A stretch of DNA of 64,000 nucleotides from Anaeramoeba ignava BMAN (Eukaryota; Protista; Anaeramoebae): contig JAPDFW010000147.1 in NCBI GenBank assembly GCA_028826165.1, positions 1 through 64,000 of the forward strand, read 5' to 3'. Each line of letters begins with the position of its first letter. Position 1 is the stretch's first letter. Under the pieces are notes generated by a model. The model did no database searches, was not told where the DNA came from, and saw only the letters and a list, made by a program, of their open reading frames with translations. Made by a program: the position numbers and the translations under genes. This document shows, piece by piece, positions 1 to 22,696 of this stretch.

Positions 1-268
1 AATCAAATAATAAATATAAATATTATTTTGATTTTTGGAATAAAAATTATAATTAAAATTAAAATTTATTTCTTTTTGATTATATTCTTATTAATTTTTA
101 AAAATTCAAAAATTGTTTTGTTTTAATTAATAAAATAATTGAAATAAAAATATTGTTTTTGTTTATGTTTATGTTTATTTAAAAATGGAAATGAAATATC
201 TTCTTATAAAATTATTAAAATTAATAATATTTTGAAAAAGAAAATTAATTAATTAATTAAAAACTTAC

Positions 269-9518
<9,250 letters not shown>

Positions 9519-10740
9519 TGTGTTTGTGTTTGTCTTTTTGTTTTTGTTTAAAAAAAAATGAAAAAAAAATGAAAAAAAAAATTTTTTTTTTAATTTATAT
9601 TTTTCCTATTTACTCTTATATCAAATTTAATAATAAATAATTTAAGTTCCTTATTTAAATAATTTAAATTTAATTTCAAAAAAATAAATTATTAAAGGTT
9701 TTTTTGATTAAAAATTTAATTAAATAATAAAAAATTTTTTAATTTAAAATTAGTTTTGATTCTTTTTAAAAAATAATTAAATTAAATTATAAATCAATTT
9801 AATTGAAAAAAAATTAAATAAATTTACTTTCTCTTCATATATTTAATTGTTATTATTATTGTTATTTTTTTTATTAAATTTTTTTTTATTTTTTTATTAT
9901 TTCATTTTTAATTAAAAAATTTAACATAAATTATCATTTAAAAAAAAATTTTGAATTAAAACTTAATATTATCTTAAAAGTTAATGAATTAAAATTATTA
10001 AAATAGAGTTTTTTTCTTATTAAAATTATGTCTAATTTATCAAGCCTTTTTGTTATATATTTTTTAAATATAATTTGTTTAATTAATTTTATTCTATTTC
10101 TTTTTTTCTCATAATTTTATTTCATAAATTATTCAAGAAGTTTATTATTATTTGATTATTTTCCTCTTTTTTCTTTTTATTATTCATTTTGCTTCTTTTT
10201 ATTCATTTTTTATTAATTTTTCATTTTTAGATTATTTTTAATTTTTATTTTATTATTTTTTTTAATTTTAATTTGGATTTTTTTATTTTGATTTTTCTTA
10301 TAAAAATTTAATAAAATAAAAATTAAATTTTTCATTTTTAAAATTTTTTTTTCATTTTTCCATTTTTATTCCTTTATTAATTTTAATTTATTTATAATAA
10401 AATGAATATATCAATGTTTATAAATAAGTTTTTGTGATTATTTATTTATATTTTAAATTAATTTCAATTTATTCAAATTGGGATTTCTTATTTAAAAAAC
10501 AAAAAATAAAAACAATTTTCCTTTTTTTATTTAATTAATTAAACTTATTTTTGTTTTTGAATTTGTTTTAAAAAGTATAATTTAATATTATAACAATTAA
10601 ATTTAATATTATTAATGATTCATATAAATGAGAATTTTTGTAATCTTTAATCAAAATCAAAATCAAAATTAAAATTGAAATTAAAAAATTAATCAAAAAA
10701 TGGAAAATAAAAACTAATAAGAAACTGGAAAAGAAGTTTT

Positions 10741-12860
10741 AAAATCATTTCTTAATTAATTTTATTGCAAAATAATAAATTAATTATAATTAAAAATTAA
10801 ATTAAATTTTTATCTAATTTTTGTTTTAAATTTATTTCTTTATTTTTAATAATTTTAATTTAATATTAATAATAAATCCTTTTTTAAAATCATTTCTTAA
10901 TTAATTTTATTGCAAAATAATAAATTAATTATAATTAAAAATTAAATTAAATTTTTATCTAATTTTTGTTTCAAATTTATTTCTTTATTTTAATAATATT
11001 TATTTAATATTAATAATAAATTTTTTAAAATCATTTATTTTTTAATTTTATTTTGCAAAATTTTAAATTAATTATAATTATATTAAAAATTAAATTAAAA
11101 TTTTATTTAATTTTTGTTTTAAATTTATTTTTTGTTTTTTATAATTATTTTTAATATTAATAATAAATTCTTTTTAAAATCATTTCTTAATTAATTTTAT
11201 TGCAAAATAATAAATAAATTATAATTAAAAATTAAATTAAATTTTTATCTAATTTTTGTTTCAAATTTATTTCATTATTTTTAATAATATTAATTTAATA
11301 TTAATAATAAATTTGTTTTTGAAATCATTTCTTGATTAATTTTATTGCAAAATAATAAATAAATTATTATTAAAAATTAAGTAAAATAATAAATGAAATA
11401 TTTTAATTAAATTTATTTCTTTATTTTTAATAATTTTAATTTTAATATTAATAATAAATTCTTTTTAAAATCATTTCTTAATTAATTTTATTGCAAAATA
11501 ATAAATTAATTATAATTAAAAATTAAATTAAATTTTTATCTAATTTTTGTTTCAAATTTATTTCTTTATTTTTAATAATATTTAATTTAATATTAATAAT
11601 AAATCCTTTTTAAAATCATTTCTTAATTAATTTTATTGCAAAATAATAAATTAATTATAATTAAAAATAAATCAAATTTTTATCTAATTTTTGTTTCAAA
11701 TTTATTTCATTATTTTTAATAATATTAATTTAATATTAATAATAAATTCTTTTTAAATCATTTCTTAATTAATTTTATTACAAAATAATAAATAAATTCT
11801 TATTAAAAATTAAATTAAATTTTTATCTAATTTTTGTTTTAAATTTATTACTTCATTTTTATTAATATTAATTTAATATTAATAATAAATCCTTTTTAAA
11901 TCATTTCTTAATTAATTTTAATGCAAAATAGTAAATAAATTATTATTAAAAATTAAATTAAATTTTTATCTAATTTTTGTTTCAAATTTATTTCTTTATT
12001 TTTAATAATATTAATTTAATATTAATAATAAATCCTTTTTAAAATCATTTCTTAATTAATTTTATTGCAAAATAATAAATTAATTATAATTAAAAATTAA
12101 ATTAAATATTTATCTAATTTTTGTTTTAAATTTATTTCATTATTTTTAATAATTTTAATTTAATATTAATAATAAATTCTTTTTAAAATCATTTCTTAAT
12201 TAATTTTATTGCAAAATATTAAATAAATTATAATTAAAAATTAAATTAAATTTTTATCTAATTTTTGTTTCAAATTTATTTCTTTAATTTTAATAATTTT
12301 AATTTAGTATTAATAATAAATTCTTTTTAAAATCATTTTTGATTAATTTTATTGCAAAATAATAAATTAATTATAATTAAAAATTAAATTAAATTTTTAT
12401 CTAATTTTTGTTTCAATTTATTTCTTTAATTTTAATAATATTAATTTAATATTAATAATAAATCCTTTTTTAAATCATTTCTTAATTAATTTTATTGCAA
12501 AATAATAAATTAATTATTATTAAAAATTAAATTAAATTTTTATCTAATTTTTGTTTCAAATTTATTTCTTTAATTTTTAATAATATTAATTTAATATTAA
12601 TAATAGAAAAGTTTTAAAATTATTTCTTAATTAATTTTATTACAAAATAATAAATTAATTCTTATTAAAAATTAAATTAAATTTTTATTTAATTTTTGTT
12701 TTAAATTTATTTCATTATTTTTAATAATATTTATTTAATATTAATAATAAATCCTTTTTAAATTATTTCTTAATTAATTTTATTGCAAAATAATAAATTA
12801 AATATTATTAAAAATTAAATTAAAATTTTTATCTAATTTTTGTTTTAAATTTATTTTTAA
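10741..12860. repeat. Tandem satellite, ~144-bp unit, ~15 copies
   Basis: Unit starting aaaatcatttcttaattaattttattgcaaaataataa recurs at ~10741, 10886, 11027, 11176, 11322, 11467, 11612, 11755, 11898, 12042, 12185, 12328, 12472, 12616, 12760. Confidence 0.95.
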
Positions 12861-12893
12861 ATTCTTTTTGTTTGTGAATGATTTGTTGTTTTA

Positions 12894-14248
12894 TTAGAAA
12901 TCGGATAAAAATTTCGATTCAAGAAACTTTCTGAAATCTTGAACCAAATCACGTTCCAAAGTCAAAATCCACAAATCATTAAAAGATTCAGAATTATCAA
13001 CTTGACCACCAAAAACCAAAAGAGAATTACCATGACCAACACCAACATGACCAAAACGAGGAGGAGGTTTTACAATTTGGAGAAATCTTGATTCAACATT
13101 TTGAGTAATATCGACATTTTGATTTTGGGATTTCTCAAACTCTTCAAAAGAAATTTTGTCGTATAAAAACTTGTCATAATTGATCCACTTTTGTGTTTCA
13201 AAATCAAAAATAAAAGTGAGGTTGTGGAATCTAATGACGGAACTCACACCGCCGAAGCAGACAAGATATCTGTCCTCATAAATAGTTGCTACTGCACCTG
13301 ACATTATTGGGGGGAAATGTTCCAAAAAAGGGGATTGTTTTTTAGAGTTTTGTTTTTGGATCAAACTGAAGAAGAAATCGAGGTCTGACGATTGTTCCGC
13401 TTGCGCCATCTTGCTGGGGATTTTGAGGCTGTTTTGTTTTTTGTGATTCGAATTTGGGCTGAATTTCAAAATAGGCTGGAGAAGCGTTGATTTCAGTCCA
13501 GACAAGAGTGTTGAGATCCAGCAAATGGATGTCGTTATTCCTTCTTATTCTGTAATCAAGCCCTCCAAAAATGACCATTGAGTCGCGGTATATAGCTGAT
13601 GTATGAGAGGATCTTCCTTTGGGGATATTTCCTGTTGTGTGGAGTTCTTGCCATTGTTCTGTTTGTAAATTAAATCGCCACGTGTCATTTAATCTTTTCC
13701 CACTTTTTGGAACACCGCCAAAAAGGTATATGGAGCCTTTGTGATATAGGAATGTGAATGAGTATCTTCCTAGTGGTGCTGAGTTTGTGGGGATTTTTTT
13801 GAAAGTGTTTGTTTCAACGTTGTATTCGTAAATGTCGTTGAACCATTCTGTTTTGTTGTATCCAAAACCAACCCATAAACGGTCTTCGAAACCGCACATT
13901 GAGTGGCCTACACGAAGAGGGGGTTTATCTCCTTTTGGGGAGTGTTGTGTCCATGTGTTTGTGAGGAAAGAGAATGAGCAAAATTGATCGATCAATTCAT
14001 CTGTATCAAGATCACTTTTAAAAAAAGCAATTTTAATTTTGATTTTATAAATGAATTTTAATTTAAATTTTATAAATGAATTTTAATTTTGATTTAAATT
14101 TAAATTTGATTTACTTTCCTCCATGTATAAAAATTTCATTTCTTGTAGATGCAATACCACATTTAGCAACTGGTTTTGGTTTTATTGAATCTTCTGGTTC
14201 TATTTTTTGCCAATTTTGAAATCTATAACAAAAATCAAAATCAGTCAT
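12894..14248 (-). CDS. Kelch-repeat beta-propeller protein ending at the start of an apparent BTB domain (LZTR1-like architecture, truncated)
   Basis: Exon 1 14248-14115 (MTDFDF...IFIHGG), intron 14114-14015, kelch blades (RVGHSM, IYLFGG, RSSHTS..MVIFGG, RFGHVG..LLVFGG); frameshift near 13490; ends DLVQDFRKFLESKFLSDF. Confidence 0.85.
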
Positions 14249-14326
14249 TTTTTTTAATTTAAAATTTTAAAAAGAAAAAATGAAATTATTTTTTTCATTT
14301 TTTTTCATTTTTATTTTTTGAATAGA
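14249..14326. promoter_or_regulatory. 78-bp divergent (bidirectional) promoter between the kelch and XPD-like genes
   Basis: Head-to-head ATGs at 14248 and 14327; TTTCATTTT motif present in both orientations. Confidence 0.6.
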
Positions 14327-16871
14327 ATGCAATTTTTAATTGATAATTTAGTTGTTTATTTTCCATTTCCTTTTATTTATCCAGAACAATATGAATATAT
14401 GAAAAATTTAAAGCAAACATTTGATCAAAAAGTAAATAAATAAATAATTACATTTTGAAAAAAAATTTTTATATTTTATTATTTTTTGATTTAAAAAACC
14501 AAAGGGAATTTCTACACTTGAAATTCCACCAACTTCTCGAAAATCAACAGCTTTATTATCCTTATATCTTTCATATAAAAAACAATATCCAGAAATTGGG
14601 AAACTTATTTATTGCACAAGAAACATTTATCAAACACAACAAATTTTGGAAGAATTAAAGTTAATAATCCAAATTAGAAAAAAGGAATTTCATCAAGAAA
14701 ATGATATTTTGGCAATTGGAGTTAGTTCACGCAGGAATTTGTGTGTGAATCAAGAATTGTTTCAAGAAAATGATGCGCAATCATTTGAAAATCGGTGTTT
14801 AAATTTAACGTGTTTGCAAAACCGAAAAAAATATTCGCAAGATCAAACAACTTCAGTTTGTTCTTTTTATGAGAATTTCATTCGCCAAGAAAATGAGGAT
14901 TTGTTTGAATTGCCGAAAGGCGTTTATTCTATTGAGGATGTTCGAAAAATTGCGACTCAGAGAAAAATATGTTCGTATTTTTGGACGCATCGTTTGATTT
15001 CGAAGGCGGATATTTTGGTTGTTAATTACAGATATATTTTGGATCCAAAACTTGATTCGATTGTGTGCGACAAATTGGATCAAAATGCGATAATTTTTTA
15101 TGACGATGCGCATAATATTGATGAGGATTGCACTGAAGTAACGAGTATTCATCTTGATTTGGAAATATTGCGGAATGCGTCGAAAAAAGTGAAAGAAATA
15201 AGAACGAAAATTGAGCTTGAGGATGATTTGAAAGAGGATTTTGAGAAGGAATATGAATTTTTGCTTGAAGGAATTATAAAAAAACAAGAAATATTGAAAT
15301 TTGAATCAAAACAAGAAAAACAAATGGATATTGAGGAAAACCAGGAAGAGAAGGAGCATATCAAGGATATTGAGAATACAATTGCTGATAATTTTATGCC
15401 AGATCCATTGTTTCCGGGAGATATAGTTGAGGAGCCTGTTCCCGGATCTATTCGAAGACCTTTGCATTATCTCCACAATTTATACCGAGTGATAGACTAT
15501 CTCAAAAACAAATGCCATCCTGGGAAATCGAATACTGGACGCAAAGGTCTGTTTATCAATGAGAGAATCAAGAAGGGCGAAGCGAACCAAACATCAGTAA
15601 AATCAATTCGAACATACCAATTAACAGATGAGTTGTTCAGCAAAATTCAAGTTCCAATTTATCCTCTGAGATTTTATCCCAAACGCTTTCAACTTTTGCT
15701 AAGAACGTTGAAAGTAAACAATAAAAAATTATTTTCCTCGATTGAATTGGTGACGAATTTTCTTTCCTTGGTTTCCACTTATGACCAAGGATTCGAAATC
15801 ATCATTGAATATGACCAGAACACAACTCGAAGTTTGCAGCTTGTTTGTTTGGATGCCTCGCTTTGTTTTGGCAGGCAGCTTTCAAGCAAATTCGATCGAG
15901 TTATTTTGACATCGAGTCATTTTTCGCCATTGGATTTTTACGCGAAAATTTTGAGATTCAAACCTTTGATTTCGAAATCAATTCCGATGGTGTTGATGAG
16001 AAAAAGTATTTTTGCAATGATCGCGACAAAGGGGAACGATCAAAGTTCGATTACAACCAAGTTTGATGTGCTGCAGGATCCGACTGCGGTTCGAAACTAT
16101 GGGAATTTACTTGTTGATTTGGCTGAGATTGTTCCTGATGGGATCATTTGTTGTTTCCCATCTTTCAAGTACATGGAAAATATTGTTCATATTTGGAACC
16201 AATTTGGGTTACTTAATAAAATTTTAGAGCATAAATTGATTTTTTCCGAAACAGAAGATTTGCTTTCATCAAGTTTTGTGGTTGAAAATTTCAAACATGC
16301 CTGTGATATTGGAAGGGGAGGTGTTTTACTGTGTCTCACTCGCGGAAGAATTGCGCGTAATGGAGGTGTTGAGAATCTCACGAATCACTATTCAAGATGC
16401 ACTATTTTGTTTGGAGTTCCTTATGCAGATACTCAATCAGTTCATGTCAAAGATAAGTTGGAATATCTTGGTGATTTTTATCAGATCAAAGAAGTTGATT
16501 ATCTGAATTTTGATGCAATGCGCAATGTTTCGCATTTTCTTTCAAATATTGTTTCTCGAAAAAATGATTATGGTTTTGTAATTTTTGCTGATAAGAGATT
16601 TAATAGGAAAGATAAGTTAGATCTTCTTCCAGTTTGGTTTTCACCATTTCTTTCTGAAAATTTTTTGAATCTTTCAACAGATCATTGCAAACAATATTCA
16701 CTTCAATTTTTTAGGGAAATGAGTGTACAAATAACACAAGTAATTAAAAATTAAATTTTAATTTAAATTTTAATTTTAATTTAAATTCAAATTTTATTCT
16801 TTTTTTAGGTTGAACAAATTGGGAAATCAATTCTTTCACAATCTAATTTAGAAAAACAAAAAAAAATTTAA
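14327..16871 (+). CDS. ERCC2: XPD/Rad3-family protein with degenerate helicase motifs; exons 14327-14431, 14505-16739, 16809-16871
   Basis: N-terminus MQFLIDNLVVYFPFPFIYPEQYEYM, PGSIRR, VRNYGNLLV..VPDGIICCFPSF.YME, NDYG.VIFADKRF all align with XPD; Fe-S cysteines are present. Confidence 0.9.
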
Positions 16872-16920
16872 AAAAAATTTTTTCATTTTTTCCATTTTTA
16901 TTTTTTTTTAATAATAAATT

Positions 16921-17941
16921 ATGAAAGATAAAGATTCAATTTTAGTTTCTTTTTTCTTGTTATTAATAATCATTTCTTTATTTTCTGTTTATTTTTATGT
17001 TCAAATGGTTCAAAAATATCAAAAAATGAAAAAAAAATATCGAAAATCAAAATCAAAATCAAAATCAAAAAAACAAATTTTTTCTAAAGAATTATTTGAA
17101 AAATTTAAAGAAACAATCAAGTTTATGGAACCTAATGAAGTTTCTCCATTAATTTGGTTTGGATTTCCAACTGGAGAAGAATTTTTCAAACAAGAAAAAA
17201 GAAATCAAAAAATAATTTTAATTTCTTCAATAATTTTACTTGCAATTTCAATTTTTGTTTGTATGGAAATAATTTCAATCAATTTTAATTTTAATTTTAA
17301 TTTTAATTTTAATCAATTTTAATTTTAATTTTTAATTTTTAATTTTAATTTTAATTTTAATTTTAATTTTAATTTTAATTTTAATTTTAATTTTAATTTT
17401 AATTTTAATTTTAATTTTAATTTTAATTTTAATTTTAATTTTAATCAATTCAATTTTAATTTTAATTTTAGTTCTCGATCCAATTTTAGTTTATGTTTTT
17501 GGAAGTTTTTATGCAATTCAAATTGTTTTAATTTTAATTAAATTTTCTGAAGCAAAAAAGAAATTAAAAATTATTTATGGAATTACAAAAGAAAATATTT
17601 ATTTAATTAATGGAAAGAAAAAAGAATCAAATCAAGTTGATGTTTATTCAGTTTCTTCCATTGAAAAAGTACATTTTGAATCTCACAACGATAATACAAT
17701 AACAATTGCTTTTTCTTTACAAGATCAACAAGTTGTGAAATTTTTACATATTTTTAACGATGAAGAAATTAAAAATGTAATTGATCAAGTGATTCCTGAA
17801 AAAAATATGAAGAGAAAAAAATCTCATAAAAAAAAGGATCAATCAAAGAAAGAAATTCAAATAGAAAAAGAGATTCAAATAGAAAAAGATATAGAAAAAC
17901 AATCAGATAGTTCTTTAGAAATGCAACCTTTAATTCTTTAG
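16921..17941 (+). CDS. Hypothetical membrane protein (about 3 TM segments), two exons 16921-17260 and 17472-17941
   Basis: The GTATGG..TTTTAG intron filled with (TTTTAA)n joins the two ORFs in frame; hydrophobic segments present. Confidence 0.7.
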
Positions 17942-18055
17942 AAATTTTTGATAAAATCTTTTTTTTTTTTTCTATCTAAAAATCAAAATTATAAAAAAAA
18001 AAAAACCAAAAAAATAAATAGTTTTCTTTCTATTTTTGATATTTATTTTTGATAT

Positions 18056-19594
18056 TTATTTTTGATTTGATTTTGATTTTGATTTGGGTTTTTTATGGAA
18101 TTTCTTCTTTCTTTTTTTATTCCTCAAAAAATTCCTTTTAAATTTTTTTTGGAATGGTTTTTTTCCAGAAATTGGATCACGTTTTCTAGGTTTTGATTCA
18201 AGACGTTTAATAGTTTGATGAGAAGGAGGTTTAAGGGAAAAAATCCATTGAGGAACTTCACTACCTGATTTTTTGATAACATTAGCAATTCTTTGTAAAA
18301 GACCGCTGTCTTGTTCAGTGAAAAAAGTGATAGCTTTTCCAACACGACCAGCTCTTCCAGTTCTTCCTATTCTGTGGATGTATGAAATGAGTGATTGGGG
18401 GAAGTCGAAGTTGATAACGAGTTCGACGCTGAGGAAGTTCATACCTCTTGCCATTAGATCAGTTGCGATGAGAATCCATATTTTGCCTGAACGAAATTCA
18501 TCAATAACAATTTTTCTTTGAATGTTTGATAATGCTGAATGAATAAGATCCACGTTCATTCCCTCGTATATCAATTCTTGATACAGTTGCTGTGCTCTTT
18601 CTTTGGACTGAACAAATATCAATACTGGCGGTTTGATTCCGTCTTGGAAAATCTGTTTCAAAGCGAGGATTTTTCCTTCTTCATTTCCTGTGAAAATTAA
18701 TTTTTGTTCAACAAGATTTGTTGCGATATTTGGAATTCCGATGACAACTTTGATTGGGTTTCTCAAAACTGTCAGTGCCATGTCTTCGACTGGTTTTATC
18801 ATTGTTGCGCTGAACAAACATCTTGTGATTTTTGAGTTTGTGCAAGCATTTAATATCTTGTCAATTTGGGGTAAAAATCCCATTTCAAAAAGTTTGTCAG
18901 CTTCGTCCAAAACAAGACAAGTTGCACTTGATAAGTTGATTTGGTTGTTTTGTATGTAGTATACTAATCTTAGTGGTGTTGTTATGATTATATCTACATT
19001 TTCACTTTCTTTTGGTTGTAATATTTTTTTTGTTAGAGCGATAATTTTGAGGTTGATTCCTTTTGAAAGAGCTTGGAATTCTCTGAAGGTTTGTGAAGCG
19101 AGTTCTTTTGTTGGGCTAACAATTAGAGCTCTACAACCTTGTTTTTTGTGGAACTTTTTTATGAATTTTCATTAAATAATTATAAAATCGGATAAAAATT
19201 TAATTATTAATTTAATTATTAAATTATTTATTTTATTTATAAATTTATTTATTAATTTATAAAATTATTTCAAAATCGGATAAAAATTTATTTATTAATT
19301 TATTAATTTATTAATTATTAATTTATTTATTAATTTATTTCTAAAATTATTTATTAATTTATAAAATTATTTCAAAATCGGATAAAAATTTATTTATTAA
19401 TTTATTTCAAAATCGGATAAAAATTTATTTAATTATTATTTATTTATTAATTTATTAAATTTATTAATTTATTTATTAATTTATTTATTAATTTATTTAA
19501 TTTATTTATTAATTTATTTATTAATTTTATTTATTAATTTATTTATTAATTTATTTATTAATTTATTTATTAATTTATTAATTTATTTATTAAT

Positions 19595-19626
<32 letters not shown>

Positions 19627-20826
19627 TTATTAATTTATTTATTAATTTATTTCAAAATCGGATAAAAATTTATTTATTAATTTATTTAATTATTTATTTA
19701 TTAATTTATTTCAAAATCGGATAAAAATTTATTTATTAATTTATTTATTAATTTATTTATAAATTTATTTATAAATTTATTTATTAATTTATTTATTTTA
19801 TTTATTTATTAATTTATTTATTAATTTATTTATTAATTTATTTATTAATTTATTTATTAATTTATTTATTAATTTATTTATTAATTTATTTATTAATTTA
19901 TTTATTAATTTATTTATTAATTTATTTATTAATTTATAAAATTATTTCAAAATCGGATAAAAATTTATTTATTTATTAATTTATTTATTAATTTATTTCA
20001 AAATCGGATAAAAATTTATTTATTAATTTATTTATTAATTTATTTATTAATTTATTTATTAATTTATTTATTAATTTATTTATTAATTTATTTATTAAAT
20101 TTATTTATTAATTTATTTAGTTAAATTTTACTTTAAGATTGCTTATAATTGGTATTGCAAAAGCAGCTGTTTTTCCTGTTCCTGTTGGAGCACATCCAAT
20201 AATATCACGATCTTTAAGTAAAATAGGAATTGTTTGCATTTGAATTTGAGTTGGAGTTTGATATCCAATATCAATTAAAATATTATCTAAAACTTGTTTT
20301 GGAATTTTTCCTGTTAATTTTTCAAATGATTCAATAGGATCTGGAATATCAACTCCATAAACTTTGATTTTATTTTGTTTTCTAAATTTTTCAACATTAA
20401 ATTTTTTTAATTGAAAATATTCAATTTCATTTTCAATTTCATTTTCATTTTCATTTTCATTTTCATTTTCATTTTCATTTTCATTTTCATTTTCATTTTC
20501 ATTTTCATTTTCATTTTCATTTTCATTTTCATTTTCATTTTCAATTTTTTCATTTCATTTTCATTTTCATTTTCATTTTCATTTTCAATTTCAATTTCAT
20601 TTTGAATTGTAAATTTTGTTGTTTTTCTCTTTTTTGTTTTTGGAATTTTTTTCTTTTGTTTTTCTTTTTTAAATTGTTCAAAAAAATCTAATTTTTGTTT
20701 TATTTCTGATTTATTTTGATTTATATTTTTTTCTCTATTTTGTAATGAAATAACAGTTTTATCATTTTTATGTTTAAATTTTAATTGTGAACCTAATTTT
20801 TTAAATATTTGATCTTGAGAAAGCAT
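18056..20826 (-). CDS. DDX52: DEAD-box RNA helicase DDX52/ROK1; exons 20826-20132 and 19153-18056
   Basis: [56 protein letters not shown]; frameshift in the EN repeat near 20555. Confidence 0.92.
19154..20131. repeat. Repeat-expanded intron: (TTTATTAATTTA)n with interspersed aaaatcggataaaaattt units
   Basis: Direct inspection; about 8 copies of the GC-containing unit. Confidence 0.85.
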
Positions 20827-20828
20827 TT

Positions 20829-22496
20829 TTAGAAGAAAAAAAATGAAAAAAAAAATGAAAAAAAAAATTTTATTTTCATTATCATTTTCATTATCTTTTT
20901 CATTTTCAATTTCATTTTCATCATCATTTTCTTTTTCTTTTTCATTATCTTTTTCAATTTCATTATCATTTTCATTTTCATTTTCATTTTCATTTTCATT
21001 TTCATTTTCATTTTCATTATCTTTTTCATTTTCATTATCTTTTTCATTATCTTTTTCATTATCATTTTCATTATCATTTTCATTATCTTTTTCATTATCA
21101 TTTTCATTATCTTTTTCATTTTCATTTTCATTATCATTTTCATTATCTTTTTCTTTTTCATTTTCATTATCATTTTCATTATCTTTTTCATTATCATTTT
21201 CATTATCTTTTTCATTTTCTTTTTCATTTTCTTTATCTTTTTCAATTTCATTTTTATCATCATTTTCATTATCTTTTTCTTTTTCTTCTTCTTTGGGAGG
21301 AGCAACTGGAATATAATATGAATAAAATGATGCAAAAAAAGCAACTAAATTTCTCAATAAAAAATTTTTGATATATCTTGGTTTTTGATTTTGATTTTGA
21401 TTTTGATTTTGGTTTTGATTTTGGTTTTGATTTTGATTTTGATTTTGATTTTGATTTTGATTTTGATTTTGATTTTGATTTTGATTTTGATTTTGATTTT
21501 GATTTTGATTTTGATTTTGATTTTGATTTTGATTTTGATTTTGATTTTGATTTTGGTTTTGGTTTTGATTTTGATTTTGATTTTGATTTTGATTTTGATT
21601 TTGATTTTGATTTTGATTTTGATTTTGATTTTGATTTTTCTCTTTTTGAAATAGAACAAGAAATTCTCTATTGAAAATGAAATATGGGAAAAAGAATATC
21701 ATACATGTCACATAAAATTGTTCAGATGAAGAAGCTATAAAAAAAAAGAAAAGATTCACTCCTAAAAGATTCAAAATATCTCTACCAAGAGTACGGTATA
21801 ATCTACGTAAAGCTAAGTTTTTTTCATTTTGATTTTGATTTTGATTTTGATTTTGATTTTGATTTTGATTTTGATTTTGATTTTGATTTTGATTTTGATT
21901 TTGATTTTGATTTTGATTTTGATTTTGATTTTGATTTTGATTTTGATTTTGATTTTGATTTAGATTTTGATTTTGATTTTGATTTTGATTTTGATTTTGA
22001 TTTTGATTTTGATTTTGATTTTGATTTTGATTTTGATTTTGATTTTGATTTTCATTTTGATTTTGGTTTTGATTTTGGTTTTGATTTTGATTTTGATTTT
22101 CATTTTGATTTTGATTTTGATTTAGATTTTGATTTAGATTTTGATTAGCAAAATCAAAAAAATTTTGATATAAAAATGGATTTAAATTTTGAAAATGTAA
22201 TAGAGGTTGAATTGTTCATTTTGTTCAAGTTGTAAATTTGTTTCTTCTTTTTTCTTATTAAAAAATAAAAATATAATTAAATTTTTTGTTTCTTTTGATA
22301 AATTGAAAATTTGATATAAATAATTTTCATTTTTTAAAGTTCTTCCTTCATAAATTAATTTTTGTGAAGAAATTGAAGGATTATTTGGATAAACTTGCAT
22401 AATTTTTTTCTTTAAATCAAAAACAGATAAGTTTTGTTCAATTTCAATTTCAAAATCAAATTCTTCTTCTGGAGTTTTAATAGAAATTCGAATCAT
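20829..22496 (-). CDS. Ubiquitin-like domain membrane protein, HERP/HERPUD-like, with QN and EN/DN repeats
   Basis: UBL domain (LKKKI...[15 protein letters not shown]), TM segments and a late FFASF motif; frameshift near 22200; 3' end uncertain. Confidence 0.65.
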
Positions 22497-22696
22497 TTTT
22501 GTTTTTTATGTTTTCTAATTGAAGAAATTTTTTATTTTTTAAAAGAAGAAAAATGAAAAAAAAATTTTTCATTTTTCAATTTTTCATTTTTTCATTTTTT
22601 CATTTTTTCAATTTTTCTTTTTGTTTTGGAAAATTGTTTTTATTTTATTGAACACAAAAATTTCTTGTTAATTTTAATTTTAAATTTATTATTTTA

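Noticed and set aside
9826-9838. AG|AAA|GTAAAT, or ATG AAG AGA AA|GT, upstream of the BTB gene
   Set aside because: GAG acceptor is atypical and no in-frame partner exon could be found; left unassigned.
10741-12860. Possible CRISPR-like array (also considered for 29651-30315)
   Set aside because: Whole units are repeated with no unique spacers, there are no cas genes, and the context is eukaryotic.
14327-20826. Inteins in the helicases or other conserved proteins
   Set aside because: No large insertion with C...HN/C intein termini or a LAGLIDADG motif is visible in any translation.
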